Positions 17,425 to 25,865 of a stretch of 32,000 nt of DNA are shown here, in pieces. Location of the stretch: contig JAFZZY010000013.1 of assembly GCA_017615545.1 (NCBI GenBank), forward strand, positions 69,675-101,674. The letters run 5' to 3'. Each line of letters starts with the position of its first letter. Positions within the stretch are counted from its first letter, which is position 1. The notes beneath the pieces are model-generated. The model did no database searches and was not told the origin of the DNA. It saw only the letters and a list, made by a program, of their open reading frames with translations. The position numbers and the translations under genes were made by a program. The DNA comes from Lachnospiraceae bacterium (GTDB lineage: Bacteria; Bacillota; Clostridia; Lachnospirales; Lachnospiraceae).

Positions 17425-18954
17425 CTATGCCTTATGGCCGCCGACCTGACGGTTACGTTCCATCGCAGTCGCGCCTTCCTCCAGATTCATTCCCTTGATC
17501 ACCGCATTCTTGCCATAGCGGTGTTTGATCGAAAGCATCGCTTCCTGGATCTTGCGTTCCTTCTCCAGTTCTGCCCGATGCTTCTCATCTTCCTCTTCCA
17601 CCTTCTCCGGATCCTCGAACAGCGACAACTGCCGATATTCGTTCGGATCGGGTGCATTTTCCTCGTGTAACACGTGGTTCGCCACCACGTACATCCGGCG
17701 CACCAAAAGCTCCGGATCAACGATCCTCTCAAAGAGCTCTGTCACCGCCTCCAGAATGATCTTCGTGGACGATGTCCGCTCCTTCAGGTTGATCGAACCA
17801 TGCGCATGCTTCGGCACCGCACGCCCGTAATAGTCTTGTTTCACCTCGCCCTGATACTTCGTCGCATTCGGTGAATTCTTCGCGAGATTCGAGATATCAT
17901 AGCCCACGCTCAGCACCATCTGGTCGGCATTCAGCCGCTTTTCGACCATCGAAAGAACGAGGTCGTCCGTCATCTCACGGATGACCAGGCGCGCCTTCTC
18001 GAACGTGTATGGTGTGGGCAATACCTGCCCGACGCTTAAACTACTCTCTGACGGGCGGTACGATTTGATCAGATTGATCGTGCAGGGTTCGTAGCCCCAG
18101 GCATGGTCGATCAGAAGTTCGGCGTTGATGCCGAAGAGTTTATACAAGAGTTCCTCGTTATGGAAATCATCGGGCGAGCCGACTGAACAGCGAGCCACAT
18201 CGCCCATGGTGTACATACCGTTCTGCTCCAAGCGTTTCGCGATCCCGTGACCTACGCGCCAGAAGTCCGTAATGGGTCTGTGATGCCAAAGCAGGCGGCG
18301 GTACGACATCTCGTCGAGTTCGGCGATCCGCACGCCATCTGCATCCGCCGGCATATGCTTCGCCACGATATCCATGGCGATCTTACACAGATACATATTC
18401 GTACCAATACCTGCCGTCGCCGTGATCCCTGTCTCGGACAGCACGTCACGCACCATGCGCAGCGCCAGTTCGTGCGCCGTGCACTTATACGTCCCTAAAT
18501 ATGCCGTCGCATCGATGAAGACCTCATCGATCGAATACACGTGGATATCTTCCGGGGCAATGTAACGCAGATAGACCTGGTAGATCTTCGAGCTGACCTC
18601 CATGTAACGGTGCATCCGCGGCTGGGCGATCACGTAGCCCAACTGCAAAGAAGGGTCCTTCTGCAGTTCGCTCGCATAGAAACTGTCTCCTGTAAAGGTC
18701 CGCTTCGGTGCATGCATTTTCCGGTCTTCATTGACCTCGCCGACCCTCTGTATCACTTCAAACAGGCGCGCCCGCCCGGGGATCCCGTAAGATTTCAGTG
18801 CAGGCGAAACAGCCAGACAGATCGTCTTTTCTGTCCGGCTGGGATCGGCAACGACGAGGTTCACGTCCAGCGGATCATATCCGCGGTCCACGCACTCGAC
18901 CGAAGCGTAAAATGATTTAAGATCAATCGCTATGTACGACCTGCTTTGTGTCAT
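17425..18954 (-). CDS. Y-family (DinB/UmuC/ImpB-type) translesion DNA polymerase
   Basis: Contains YIAIDLKSFYASVECVDRGYDP...VYSIDEVFID, the catalytic Asp/Glu motifs. The ORF-track start at 19002 is TTG. The ATG at 18954 has GAGGA 7 nt upstream and matches the usual N-terminus. Confidence 0.9.
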   Translation of the reverse strand: MTQSRSYIAIDLKSFYASVECVDRGYDPLDVNLVVADPSRTEKTICLAVSPALKSYGIPGRARLFEVIQRVGEVNEDRKMHAPKRTFTGDSFYASELQKDPSLQLGYVIAQPRMHRYMEVSSKIYQVYLRYIAPEDIHVYSIDEVFIDATAYLGTYKCTAHELALRMVRDVLSETGITATAGIGTNMYLCKIAMDIVAKHMPADADGVRIAELDEMSYRRLLWHHRPITDFWRVGHGIAKRLEQNGMYTMGDVARCSVGSPDDFHNEELLYKLFGINAELLIDHAWGYEPCTINLIKSYRPSESSLSVGQVLPTPYTFEKARLVIREMTDDLVLSMVEKRLNADQMVLSVGYDISNLAKNSPNATKYQGEVKQDYYGRAVPKHAHGSINLKERTSSTKIILEAVTELFERIVDPELLVRRMYVVANHVLHEENAPDPNEYRQLSLFEDPEKVEEEDEKHRAELEKERKIQEAMLSIKHRYGKNAVIKGMNLEEGATAMERNRQVGGHKA

Positions 18955-20320
18955 CCACCTGTCCTCTCGGCTTAAGCCGCATAATATACTTTCGGTAAAC
19001 AAAGAAGAAAACTGCGACAGACATCAAAATCGCAATGTAGTCCGTGATGGGCTGGGACAGCGCCACCACAGATTCGGTATGGAATACTGCATTTAACGTG
19101 TACAAAACCGGAATAAAAACGAGGCCCTGACGGCTGATCGAAAGGACCAGTGCCGGGATGGCCGCGCCTGTCGCCTGGATCGCGTTCATCAGGATGAACA
19201 GGATGCCCAGGATCGGTCCGGAAATAATATACTTTCTTGAGAAACTGAATGCGTACGCGTAAGCGTCATCATTGTCCAAAAACGTACGTACGAGAAAGTC
19301 CGCGCCAAAGTAGCAAACGATCGACATGACAATGCTGACGATGATCGCGAGGATCATGGAAAAACGGAAGATCTCCATGTAACGCTTTTTATTGCCCGCG
19401 CCGAAGAAGTAACCGAACAGAGGCTGAACGCCGCCGCCTATACCGATCAACAGCATGACAACGATCATGTTTACCTTCATGGCTACGCCGAGGCCGGCTA
19501 CCGCGAGGTCATCATAGCTGCCCATGACGTTGTTGAGCATGATGTTGGACGAACTCATCAAAATGCTGTTCAGGGAAGCCGGGATACCGATGGCCAGAAC
19601 GCCCATCGCGATACCGTCTCTCGCCTTGTAGTCCTTCAGTTTGATGGACAGACGCGTGCGCTTCGACAGCAGGTGCAAGAAATAAAATGCTGCGGAACTC
19701 AAGTTTCCGATCAGGGTCGCGATCGCGGCGCCGGAGGTTCCCATATCGAGATACAGGATCAGGATCGGGTCCAGAATGATATTGATCATATTACCGATGA
19801 TCATACCGAGCATCGCGGTGGTCGCCTTACCCTCGGCACGGATGATGTTACTGAACATGTTACCGAAGATCAGGAACGGGATACCGAAGGATACGTACTG
19901 CAGATAGTCTTTTGTATAGGACAATGTAGCATCGCTGGCGCCGACCAAACGGCAAACAGGCGTCATGAAAAGCAGAATGAGCACCATGCCGATCAGGCCG
20001 CAACCGATACCTGTGTAAAAGCAAAACGAGCTGGCGTGGCGGGCTTCGTCATCCTTGCGCTCACCGAATCTACGCGAGATTAGGCTGGTACCGCCGATAC
20101 CGAAGAGCATACCGATCGCCATGAAGATAAAGAACGCAGGTGTCGCAACATTGACCGCCGCAAACATCAACGGGTCCTTCGTCTGGCCGATGAAAAACGC
20201 ATCGGCGAGGTTATAAAACAAAACCATCAGCATACTGATGATCGAGGGAATGATATTGGAGAAGACCATTCTCGGCACACTCAGGCTCTCCAATTTCATC
20301 ATCTTTGCATTTCTGTCCAT
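18923..20320 (-). CDS. MATE-family efflux transporter
   Basis: 465 aa with 12 TM helices and the typical N-terminus VPRMVFSNIIPSIISMLMVLFYNLADAFFIGQ. Confidence 0.9.
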   Translation of the reverse strand: MDRNAKMMKLESLSVPRMVFSNIIPSIISMLMVLFYNLADAFFIGQTKDPLMFAAVNVATPAFFIFMAIGMLFGIGGTSLISRRFGERKDDEARHASSFCFYTGIGCGLIGMVLILLFMTPVCRLVGASDATLSYTKDYLQYVSFGIPFLIFGNMFSNIIRAEGKATTAMLGMIIGNMINIILDPILILYLDMGTSGAAIATLIGNLSSAAFYFLHLLSKRTRLSIKLKDYKARDGIAMGVLAIGIPASLNSILMSSSNIMLNNVMGSYDDLAVAGLGVAMKVNMIVVMLLIGIGGGVQPLFGYFFGAGNKKRYMEIFRFSMILAIIVSIVMSIVCYFGADFLVRTFLDNDDAYAYAFSFSRKYIISGPILGILFILMNAIQATGAAIPALVLSISRQGLVFIPVLYTLNAVFHTESVVALSQPITDYIAILMSVAVFFFVYRKYIMRLKPRGQVDDTKQVVHSD

Positions 20321-20369
20321 TCATTTTCTCCTGATATTATCTTGAATGTATTAATCTCTTAACCATGCT

Positions 20370-20398
20370 ATTATAAACGCTGAAATTATGAATGTCAA
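20370..20398 (-). promoter_or_regulatory. Consensus sigma-A promoter for the MATE/polymerase block
   Basis: Minus strand reads TTGACA (20393-20398), a 17-nt spacer, then TATAAT (20370-20375). It lies about 50 nt upstream of the MATE ATG. Confidence 0.7.
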
Positions 20399-20412
20399 TT
20401 GACGAGACCGAT

Positions 20413-20442
20413 AAAAAATCGGGCGGGGATATTCCCTGCCCG
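20413..20442 (-). terminator. Rho-independent terminator ending the zinc operon
   Basis: Minus strand reads CGGGCAGGG-AATAT-CCCCGCCCG followed by ATTTTTT. It sits 18 nt after the lipoprotein stop at 20460. Confidence 0.8.
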
Positions 20443-20459
20443 AGCGTTTTCACAATATG

Positions 20460-21119
20460 TCAATCCTTCGCTGCCACTTCCATGGTCGCATCCTTCAGAC
20501 GGCAATACAGATAGCCGTCTTCCTCATAGGTCTCAAACGTTCCGACCACACAGATATCATCGCCCATTTTCGGATAATCCTCCGGATATTTGCGTTCATC
20601 CTTGCAAAGAAACTCGATGCCATTCGCGCAACATTGCGTCGCATCCGGAATGATGCAGGAAAAATAGATCATCCCGGTTTCCGGACTCTCATATACGCCG
20701 AACCAGCCACTCATCTTGATCGTCTTTCCGAGATAATTATCCGGATAAGAAAGGATATCCAGGACCTGCGCATAACAGACCGTCGCGCTCATCTTCGTGA
20801 GATCGACCGAATCGCCTTCAATAGTCATCGGCGTCGCGATCTCCTGCGGTTCAAACGGTTCTACGCTATAGCTTTCTAACAGTTGCTCCTCAGGACTCTT
20901 GGTCTGTTCCGTTTGAGGTTCCTGCGTGGTCTGAGGCGCCTGCGTAGCTACGTCATTTCGCGCTACAGTCTGCGGCGCGATCACGGGCACGGTCGTCTCC
21001 CCGTTCGCGATCTGGTCGATCCTCTTCTGTCCGTCATCCAAACCTTTACCGCAACCGCACAGACTGAATATCATCATAGTCGCGGTCATCGCAACCGCTG
21101 CAATCTTATTCTTTTTCAT
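20460..21119 (-). CDS. Uncharacterised Cys-rich lipoprotein, last gene of the zinc-uptake operon
   Basis: Signal peptide with a lipobox (MTATMMIFSLCGCGK), then a Thr/Gln/Pro-rich linker, then a C-terminal domain with 6 Cys (VCYAQV, FSCIIPDATQCCANGIEFLCKD, DDICVVG, YLYCRL). GGGAGG lies upstream of the ATG. Confidence 0.8.
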   Translation of the reverse strand: MKKNKIAAVAMTATMMIFSLCGCGKGLDDGQKRIDQIANGETTVPVIAPQTVARNDVATQAPQTTQEPQTEQTKSPEEQLLESYSVEPFEPQEIATPMTIEGDSVDLTKMSATVCYAQVLDILSYPDNYLGKTIKMSGWFGVYESPETGMIYFSCIIPDATQCCANGIEFLCKDERKYPEDYPKMGDDICVVGTFETYEEDGYLYCRLKDATMEVAAKD

Positions 21120-21149
21120 ACATACCTCCCGATATCAAAAATTGATAAG

Positions 21150-22001
21150 TTAACGAGCCCTTCCCGTAGTCAAACCGATGATATAAAAGATCACGAAGCC
21201 GATGATATCGGCGCAAACGATCGTGGATCCGACAGGGGTTCCGTACAGGATGGAGACTAACAGTCCGATCAATGTAGCTACTACGGAAAACGCTGCGGAG
21301 CACACCGTCACGGACAGGAAACTCTTGAAAACACGCATAGCTGCCAGCGCCGGGAAAACGATCAACGCCGAAACCAAAAGCGAGCCGACCAGTTTCATGG
21401 AGACTACGATGATCACCGCGATGATGATCGCGATAAACAGGTTCATCTCGTTGGTCTTCGCTCCCGCTGCCCTCGCGAAATTCTCGTCGAAGGTAACGGA
21501 AAAGATGCGGTTATAAAACAGGATAAACAAAACGACCACGACGCCCGAAAGGATCGAGCAGAGCAACAGGTCGGTCTTATTGAGCGTCAGGATCGCCGTG
21601 GATCCGAACAGGCTCGTACAAACATCACCACTGACATTGATCGAATTGGTCGAAAGGTTCATGACCATATAGCCGACCGCCATCGCGCCGACCGAGATCA
21701 TCGCGACCGCCGCGTCACCTTTGATCTTGGTATTATTGCCCGTCCACAGCAGAAGGATCGCCGAGATCACGGTCACGGGAAGGACTAAGTACATCTCCTG
21801 GGTCATACCCATGAACGTCGCCACCGACATCGCGCCGAAGGCTACATGGGACAGACCGTCACCGATAAAGGAAAAGCGCTTCAGAACCAGCGTCACGCCC
21901 AAAAGGGAAGAACACAGGGCGATCAAAACGCCGACGATCAATGCGTAGCGGACGAAAGGAAATGAAAAATACATTTGAAGCTTATCTATGATCTCGCTCA
22001 T
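21150..22001 (-). CDS. znuB: Metal (zinc) ABC transporter permease, ABC-3 family
   Basis: 283-aa polytopic protein typical of ZnuB/AdcB. It overlaps the ATPase gene by 4 nt. Confidence 0.9.
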   Translation of the reverse strand: MSEIIDKLQMYFSFPFVRYALIVGVLIALCSSLLGVTLVLKRFSFIGDGLSHVAFGAMSVATFMGMTQEMYLVLPVTVISAILLLWTGNNTKIKGDAAVAMISVGAMAVGYMVMNLSTNSINVSGDVCTSLFGSTAILTLNKTDLLLCSILSGVVVVLFILFYNRIFSVTFDENFARAAGAKTNEMNLFIAIIIAVIIVVSMKLVGSLLVSALIVFPALAAMRVFKSFLSVTVCSAAFSVVATLIGLLVSILYGTPVGSTIVCADIIGFVIFYIIGLTTGRAR

Positions 22002-22756
22002 TTCAATTCCTCCGTTTCCGCTGTATTTTCGAAAGCCGTTACGACCGGCTCATCATCCAGATATTTCTTTCCGATCTTGGAAGCACGATATGCTTCGGTC
22101 GTTCCGAAGAATACCTCCTGTCCCAGATGCAGGATATGGGAAGCATATTTCGCCGCCATATGGACATCATGTGTGATCATCAGGATCGTCGTGCCTTCCG
22201 CGTTCAGCTGCTCGATCAGGCGATACATTTCCAGCGTCACCTTCGGATCAAGGCCTGCCACAGGCTCATCCAAAAACAGCATGCGTTCGGTCGCGCAAAG
22301 AGCACGTGCCAGCAAAACACGTTGTTGCTGTCCGCCGGACAGTTCGCGGTAGCAACGCTTCGCCAGCGAGTCCACGCCCATCCGCTCCATGTTCGTCTGC
22401 GCCAGTTTCTTCAGACGCGGCGGATAAAACATGTGCCGTCCGAGTTTGGACTGGCAGCCCGACAGAACGACCTCCCGCACCGAAGCCGGGAAATCTCTCT
22501 GGACCACGGTCTGCTGCGGCAGATAGCCGAGCTGATTCGCCGTCAATCCCTCGCCGTAAACGATCGATCCCGCCAGAGGTTTCTGGAGGCGGAGGATGGT
22601 CCGCATCAGAGTCGATTTACCCGCTCCGTTCTCACCGACGATGCAAAGGTAGTCACCCGCATTGACCGAAAAATTCAGGTCTGAGATCAGTATTTGATTT
22701 TCATATCCCAAAGCCAGTCCTCTGCAGATCAGCTCTGTGCAGAACAAGTCATCCAT
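21998..22756 (-). CDS. znuC: Metal (zinc) ABC transporter ATP-binding protein
   Basis: Walker A GENGAGKST, signature LSGGQQQRVLLARAL, Walker B LFLDEP. Confidence 0.9.
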   Translation of the reverse strand: MDDLFCTELICRGLALGYENQILISDLNFSVNAGDYLCIVGENGAGKSTLMRTILRLQKPLAGSIVYGEGLTANQLGYLPQQTVVQRDFPASVREVVLSGCQSKLGRHMFYPPRLKKLAQTNMERMGVDSLAKRCYRELSGGQQQRVLLARALCATERMLFLDEPVAGLDPKVTLEMYRLIEQLNAEGTTILMITHDVHMAAKYASHILHLGQEVFFGTTEAYRASKIGKKYLDDEPVVTAFENTAETEELK

Positions 22757-22768
22757 ACTCCATTCTCC

Positions 22769-23878
22769 TTAAGCGTTTTCGATACACTCGTATAATCTGC
22801 GGACAATGTCCGCCTTCTCGTAACCCTTTCCGATGAAGACCAGCTGGTTGCATCGGTCGCCGTACGTTTCGTCCCAGTCATCCATGATGTCCGGGTAATC
22901 CTCAACGACGGGCTTTAACTCTTCTTCCGGCCATGCGGCAACCCATGCAGTCATCTCTGTCACGGACGCGTTTCGGCCGGCCTGTTCAAACAACTGGATA
23001 TGCTTCCAGTCATCGGAAAACCAAATATAACCTTTGGAACGGATCAGTTCCTCCGGATACTCTTCCACCAGTTTATTAAATGCTTCGCGGTTGAACGGCC
23101 GTTTCTCCTCAAATACGAACGACGAGATCCCGTATTCATCGACACAGGCTTTTTCGTCGTCATGCTCGCACTCATTGAGCGCCCGCTGTACCGTACTGAA
23201 GGCCTCGACCTTCTCGTAATCAAAATCCTCACGGTTCAGCAGAAGATCCAGATCCACGTCGCCGTTCACGCAGCAGATCATCTCTGCCTTTTGCTGAAGT
23301 GCGCGCAACCCCGTCTTCACTTCCTCGAGTTGCGCATCCGTCAGCAGATCCGTCTTATTCAGGATCATCAGGTTGCAAAACTCGATCTGGTCGATGATGA
23401 GGTTGATCACATCTCCGTCTTCTGTGTCTTCATTCGAAGACAGTTCGTGGAGAAATTCACGGTAAATGCGGTCTACATCGACCACGGAAACGACTGCCTT
23501 GAGGTATACTCTCGTATCCTCCGTCATCTCCTCATAATTCAAAAATGCTCCTGCTATGGATGACGGTTCGCTGATCCCGGATGCCTCCACGAAGATCGCT
23601 TCGATGGACGTATCTGCGGCCAGTCGTTCGATCTCCTGAATAAAGGCATCGCGAAGCGTACAGCAGATGCAGCCGTTCTGCATCTCGACCATCTCCACCT
23701 GGGCGACCTGATTCCCTGTCCGGTTCAAAATGGAAGCGTCGATGTTAACGCTGCCCATGTCGTTCACGATCAGGGCGATCTTTCGCTTTTCCTGTTTCAG
23801 GATGTTCTGCATCAAAGTCGTCTTACCGGAACCGAGATATCCGGTGATCACGACGATGGGCACTTCTTTTATGGACAT
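22769..23878 (-). CDS. COG0523 (CobW/ZigA/YciC-type) G3E-family GTPase, putative zinc metallochaperone
   Basis: P-loop GYLGSGKTT, the metal-binding motif CICCTL (CxCC), and a C-terminal CobW_C-like domain. Confidence 0.9.
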   Translation of the reverse strand: MSIKEVPIVVITGYLGSGKTTLMQNILKQEKRKIALIVNDMGSVNIDASILNRTGNQVAQVEMVEMQNGCICCTLRDAFIQEIERLAADTSIEAIFVEASGISEPSSIAGAFLNYEEMTEDTRVYLKAVVSVVDVDRIYREFLHELSSNEDTEDGDVINLIIDQIEFCNLMILNKTDLLTDAQLEEVKTGLRALQQKAEMICCVNGDVDLDLLLNREDFDYEKVEAFSTVQRALNECEHDDEKACVDEYGISSFVFEEKRPFNREAFNKLVEEYPEELIRSKGYIWFSDDWKHIQLFEQAGRNASVTEMTAWVAAWPEEELKPVVEDYPDIMDDWDETYGDRCNQLVFIGKGYEKADIVRRLYECIENA

Positions 23879-23899
23879 CTGAATGCTCCCTTCGTTCCC

Positions 23900-24943
23900 T
23901 TACTTCAATGCGTCGCGGATCACGGCCAGGTTCGACTCCATGATCGAATAATACGTCGTGCCTTTCTCCGCATCCTTTGCAGTCGTACCCTGCATGGAAT
24001 TCAGTGAAGCGAGCTTGATGTTTTCGGATTTTGTCGCCGTCTTCACCACCGTTTCGGCGATCTTATGATCATTGCCCTCGATGGTCAATACGGTATGCAG
24101 GCTGAGTTCGTCGACCTTACCTGCCAGAAACGCGATCGTCTCGAAGCTGGCCTCGGTCTCAGCGCTGCAACCGACAAAGGCTGCAAAATACTTCAGGTTA
24201 TAATCGTCCACCAGATAGCGGAACGGGAAGCGGTCGCCGAACAGCACCGTATCTTTGGTACCGGCCTTCACCGCGTTCTTGTATTCCTCATCCAAAGCGT
24301 TCAGCTTTGCAAGATAGGCATCGGTATTCTTCTTGTAGTCTGCAGCGTTCGCAGAGTCGATCTCCTCGATCGCCTTATCGATCGCCTTTACCAGCGTCTG
24401 CGCATTGCGAAGCGACAGCCATACATGCTCATCGTACTCGGTCTCTTCACCCTCATGATGATGTTCGTGTCCGTCTTCATGGTCGTGCTCGTCGCCGTCC
24501 TCATGATCATGGTCGTCGCCATCTTCATGATCATGGTCGTGCTCCATGCCTTCAACGACCTCTTCAGCCTTTACTGCATCGCCGAGTGTTTCGAGCAGGT
24601 TCACTACCTTCATGTTTTTGTTTTTCGCCTGCTCCAGGACATCGTCGACCCAGTCATCGGACTCTCCGCCGACGTAAATGAAGAAATCGCAGGTCGAGAT
24701 CTTCGTGATGTCTTCCACGCTAGGCTGGTAGCTGTGGAGGTCGGTACCCTTGCCCATCAGGAACGTAATGTCCCAGTTATCTTCTTTTCCCTTTATGATT
24801 TCCCGAACCCAGTCGTACTCCGGGAAAATGGTTGTCACAATGGTCGGTTTCTTCTCTTTTTCTTTCTTATCGGAACATGCTGTCAGGGATGCGAGCGCCA
24901 TGCAAAGAATCGCTGCCAGCAGTAAAATCTTCTTTTTCATCAT
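23900..24943 (-). CDS. znuA: Zinc ABC transporter substrate-binding lipoprotein with a His/Asp/Glu-rich loop
   Basis: Lipobox LASLTAC, a cluster-9 SBP layout, and the loop EHDHDHEDGDDHDHEDGDEHDHEDGHEHHHEGEE. Confidence 0.9.
   Translation of the reverse strand: MMKKKILLLAAILCMALASLTACSDKKEKEKKPTIVTTIFPEYDWVREIIKGKEDNWDITFLMGKGTDLHSYQPSVEDITKISTCDFFIYVGGESDDWVDDVLEQAKNKNMKVVNLLETLGDAVKAEEVVEGMEHDHDHEDGDDHDHEDGDEHDHEDGHEHHHEGEETEYDEHVWLSLRNAQTLVKAIDKAIEEIDSANAADYKKNTDAYLAKLNALDEEYKNAVKAGTKDTVLFGDRFPFRYLVDDYNLKYFAAFVGCSAETEASFETIAFLAGKVDELSLHTVLTIEGNDHKIAETVVKTATKSENIKLASLNSMQGTTAKDAEKGTTYYSIMESNLAVIRDALK
24425..24544 (-). repeat. Imperfect in-frame ~24-nt coding repeats specifying the ZnuA His-rich loop
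   Basis: Plus-strand units such as gtcttcatggtcgtgctcgtcgcc / gtcctcatgatcatggtcgtcgcc / atcttcatgatcatggtcgtgctc encode repeated HDHEDGD(D/E). Confidence 0.7.
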
Positions 24944-24988
24944 ATATCCTCCGTAAATGTTCGTTTGTCGTTGTTGCTTCGTTAAACA

Positions 24989-25294
24989 TCAACGGTCCAG
25001 TCGAACTTTACGAGCTACGGGTGTATCTGCCGTGGTGAACAAAAGGCGGACCGCTGCGCACAGGGCCAGAACGACCGCCAGGAAGACTGTACCCGCCGCA
25101 GGGATGAGATCCGGCAACGCTCCGAGAACATTCTTCTGCGTCTCCTCCAGGGTCGCACAGATCGGACAATCCTCGCCTTTGCACTCGTGAACCCGTTCCG
25201 TCACCAAGAAGAAACCGGCCACGAGGATCGTGATCGCCAGCACGAGCCACAACCCACGCTTGTATTCAGTTGGCTTATTTCTTAAACCAAACAT
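24989..25294 (-). CDS. Small two-TM membrane protein with an HxCx4Cx2C loop (uncharacterised)
   Basis: 102 aa: MFGLRNKPTEYKRG, TM1, TERVHECKGEDCPICATLEETQ, TM2, then a basic tail. The ATG at 25294 is 7 nt after the zur stop. The ORF-track version (to 25405) is an over-extension into zur. Confidence 0.6.
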   Translation of the reverse strand: MFGLRNKPTEYKRGLWLVLAITILVAGFFLVTERVHECKGEDCPICATLEETQKNVLGALPDLIPAAGTVFLAVVLALCAAVRLLFTTADTPVARKVRLDR

Positions 25295-25301
25295 ATTGCT
25301 C

Positions 25302-25742
25302 TTACTCTTTCTTTGCTTTCTTCGCGCACTCCTCGCACAATCCGTAGAACACGGTCCGCGTCGAATCGATGGCAAAACCGTGATGCTCAAAGATGTGATG
25401 CTCAAACATCTCTATCTCCTCGCACTTCAAGTGGATCAGCTTTCCGCACTCGGTGCATTTCAGATGGTAACACATCCGATGCCCCGCATGGTCGTGCGCC
25501 TCATCATATTCAAAACAGGCACTGGACGACTCATCAAACAGATATTTTTTGATCACGCCCTCTTTTACCAACGTATCCAACTGCCGGTAAACGGTCGTCG
25601 TGCCGATCGCCTCGCCCTTATTCTTGAAGTAATCGCAAACATCATAGGCCGTAAAATGCTTACCGGTGTTCTCTTTCAAAAACTCCTGCATCTTCTCGCG
25701 CTGTTTGGTCTTGTACTTCACTTTCGTTGCTGTCATACTCAT
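25302..25742 (-). CDS. zur: Fur-family metalloregulator, Zur by context
   Basis: Contains a winged-helix region (TAYDVCDYFKNKGEAIGTTTVYRQLDTLVKEG), HDHAGH, and two CxxC pairs (CTECG, CEEC). Candidate starts are ATG 25742 and ATG 25736, with GAGGAA just upstream. The ORF-track start at 25913 is an over-extension through the promoter. Confidence 0.85.
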   Translation of the reverse strand: MSMTATKVKYKTKQREKMQEFLKENTGKHFTAYDVCDYFKNKGEAIGTTTVYRQLDTLVKEGVIKKYLFDESSSACFEYDEAHDHAGHRMCYHLKCTECGKLIHLKCEEIEMFEHHIFEHHGFAIDSTRTVFYGLCEECAKKAKKE

Positions 25743-25806
25743 TTCCTCATGTGTTTTGCGGGCAATGCATACTTCCTCCCCAATTTGAAAATCATTGCCA
25801 AAAGTG

Positions 25807-25835
25807 ATTATACTCGCATTCGGAGGTAAAGTCAA
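25807..25835 (-). promoter_or_regulatory. Consensus sigma-A promoter of the zur/zinc operon
   Basis: Minus strand reads TTGACT (25830-25835), a 17-nt spacer, then TATAAT (25807-25812). Confidence 0.7.
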
Positions 25836-25838
25836 TAA

Positions 25839-25857
25839 GAAAATGAAACTCATTTTC
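25839..25857. promoter_or_regulatory. 19-bp palindrome, candidate Fur-family (Zur) box
   Basis: GAAAATGA-aac-TCATTTTC has perfect 8-bp arms and lies 3 nt upstream of the -35. A related half-site GAAAATCA at 25787-25794 sits just downstream of the -10. Confidence 0.55.
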
Positions 25858-25865
25858 AGATTTTT

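Noticed and set aside
17128-18954. Prophage or mobile-element origin of the Y-family polymerase and YolD pair (uvrX-yolD is prophage-borne in B. subtilis SPbeta).
   Set aside because: The window has no integrase, recombinase, phage structural genes, att-like repeats or tRNA. The genes are embedded co-directionally among housekeeping functions.
25747-25770. A 7-codon upstream ORF (MHCPQNT) in the zur leader, behind a strong GGGGAGGAAG.
   Set aside because: The SD-to-ATG spacing is only about 4 nt and the ORF is tiny. The purine-rich stretch may be incidental. There is no supporting attenuator structure. It is worth a glance in Ribo-seq data only.
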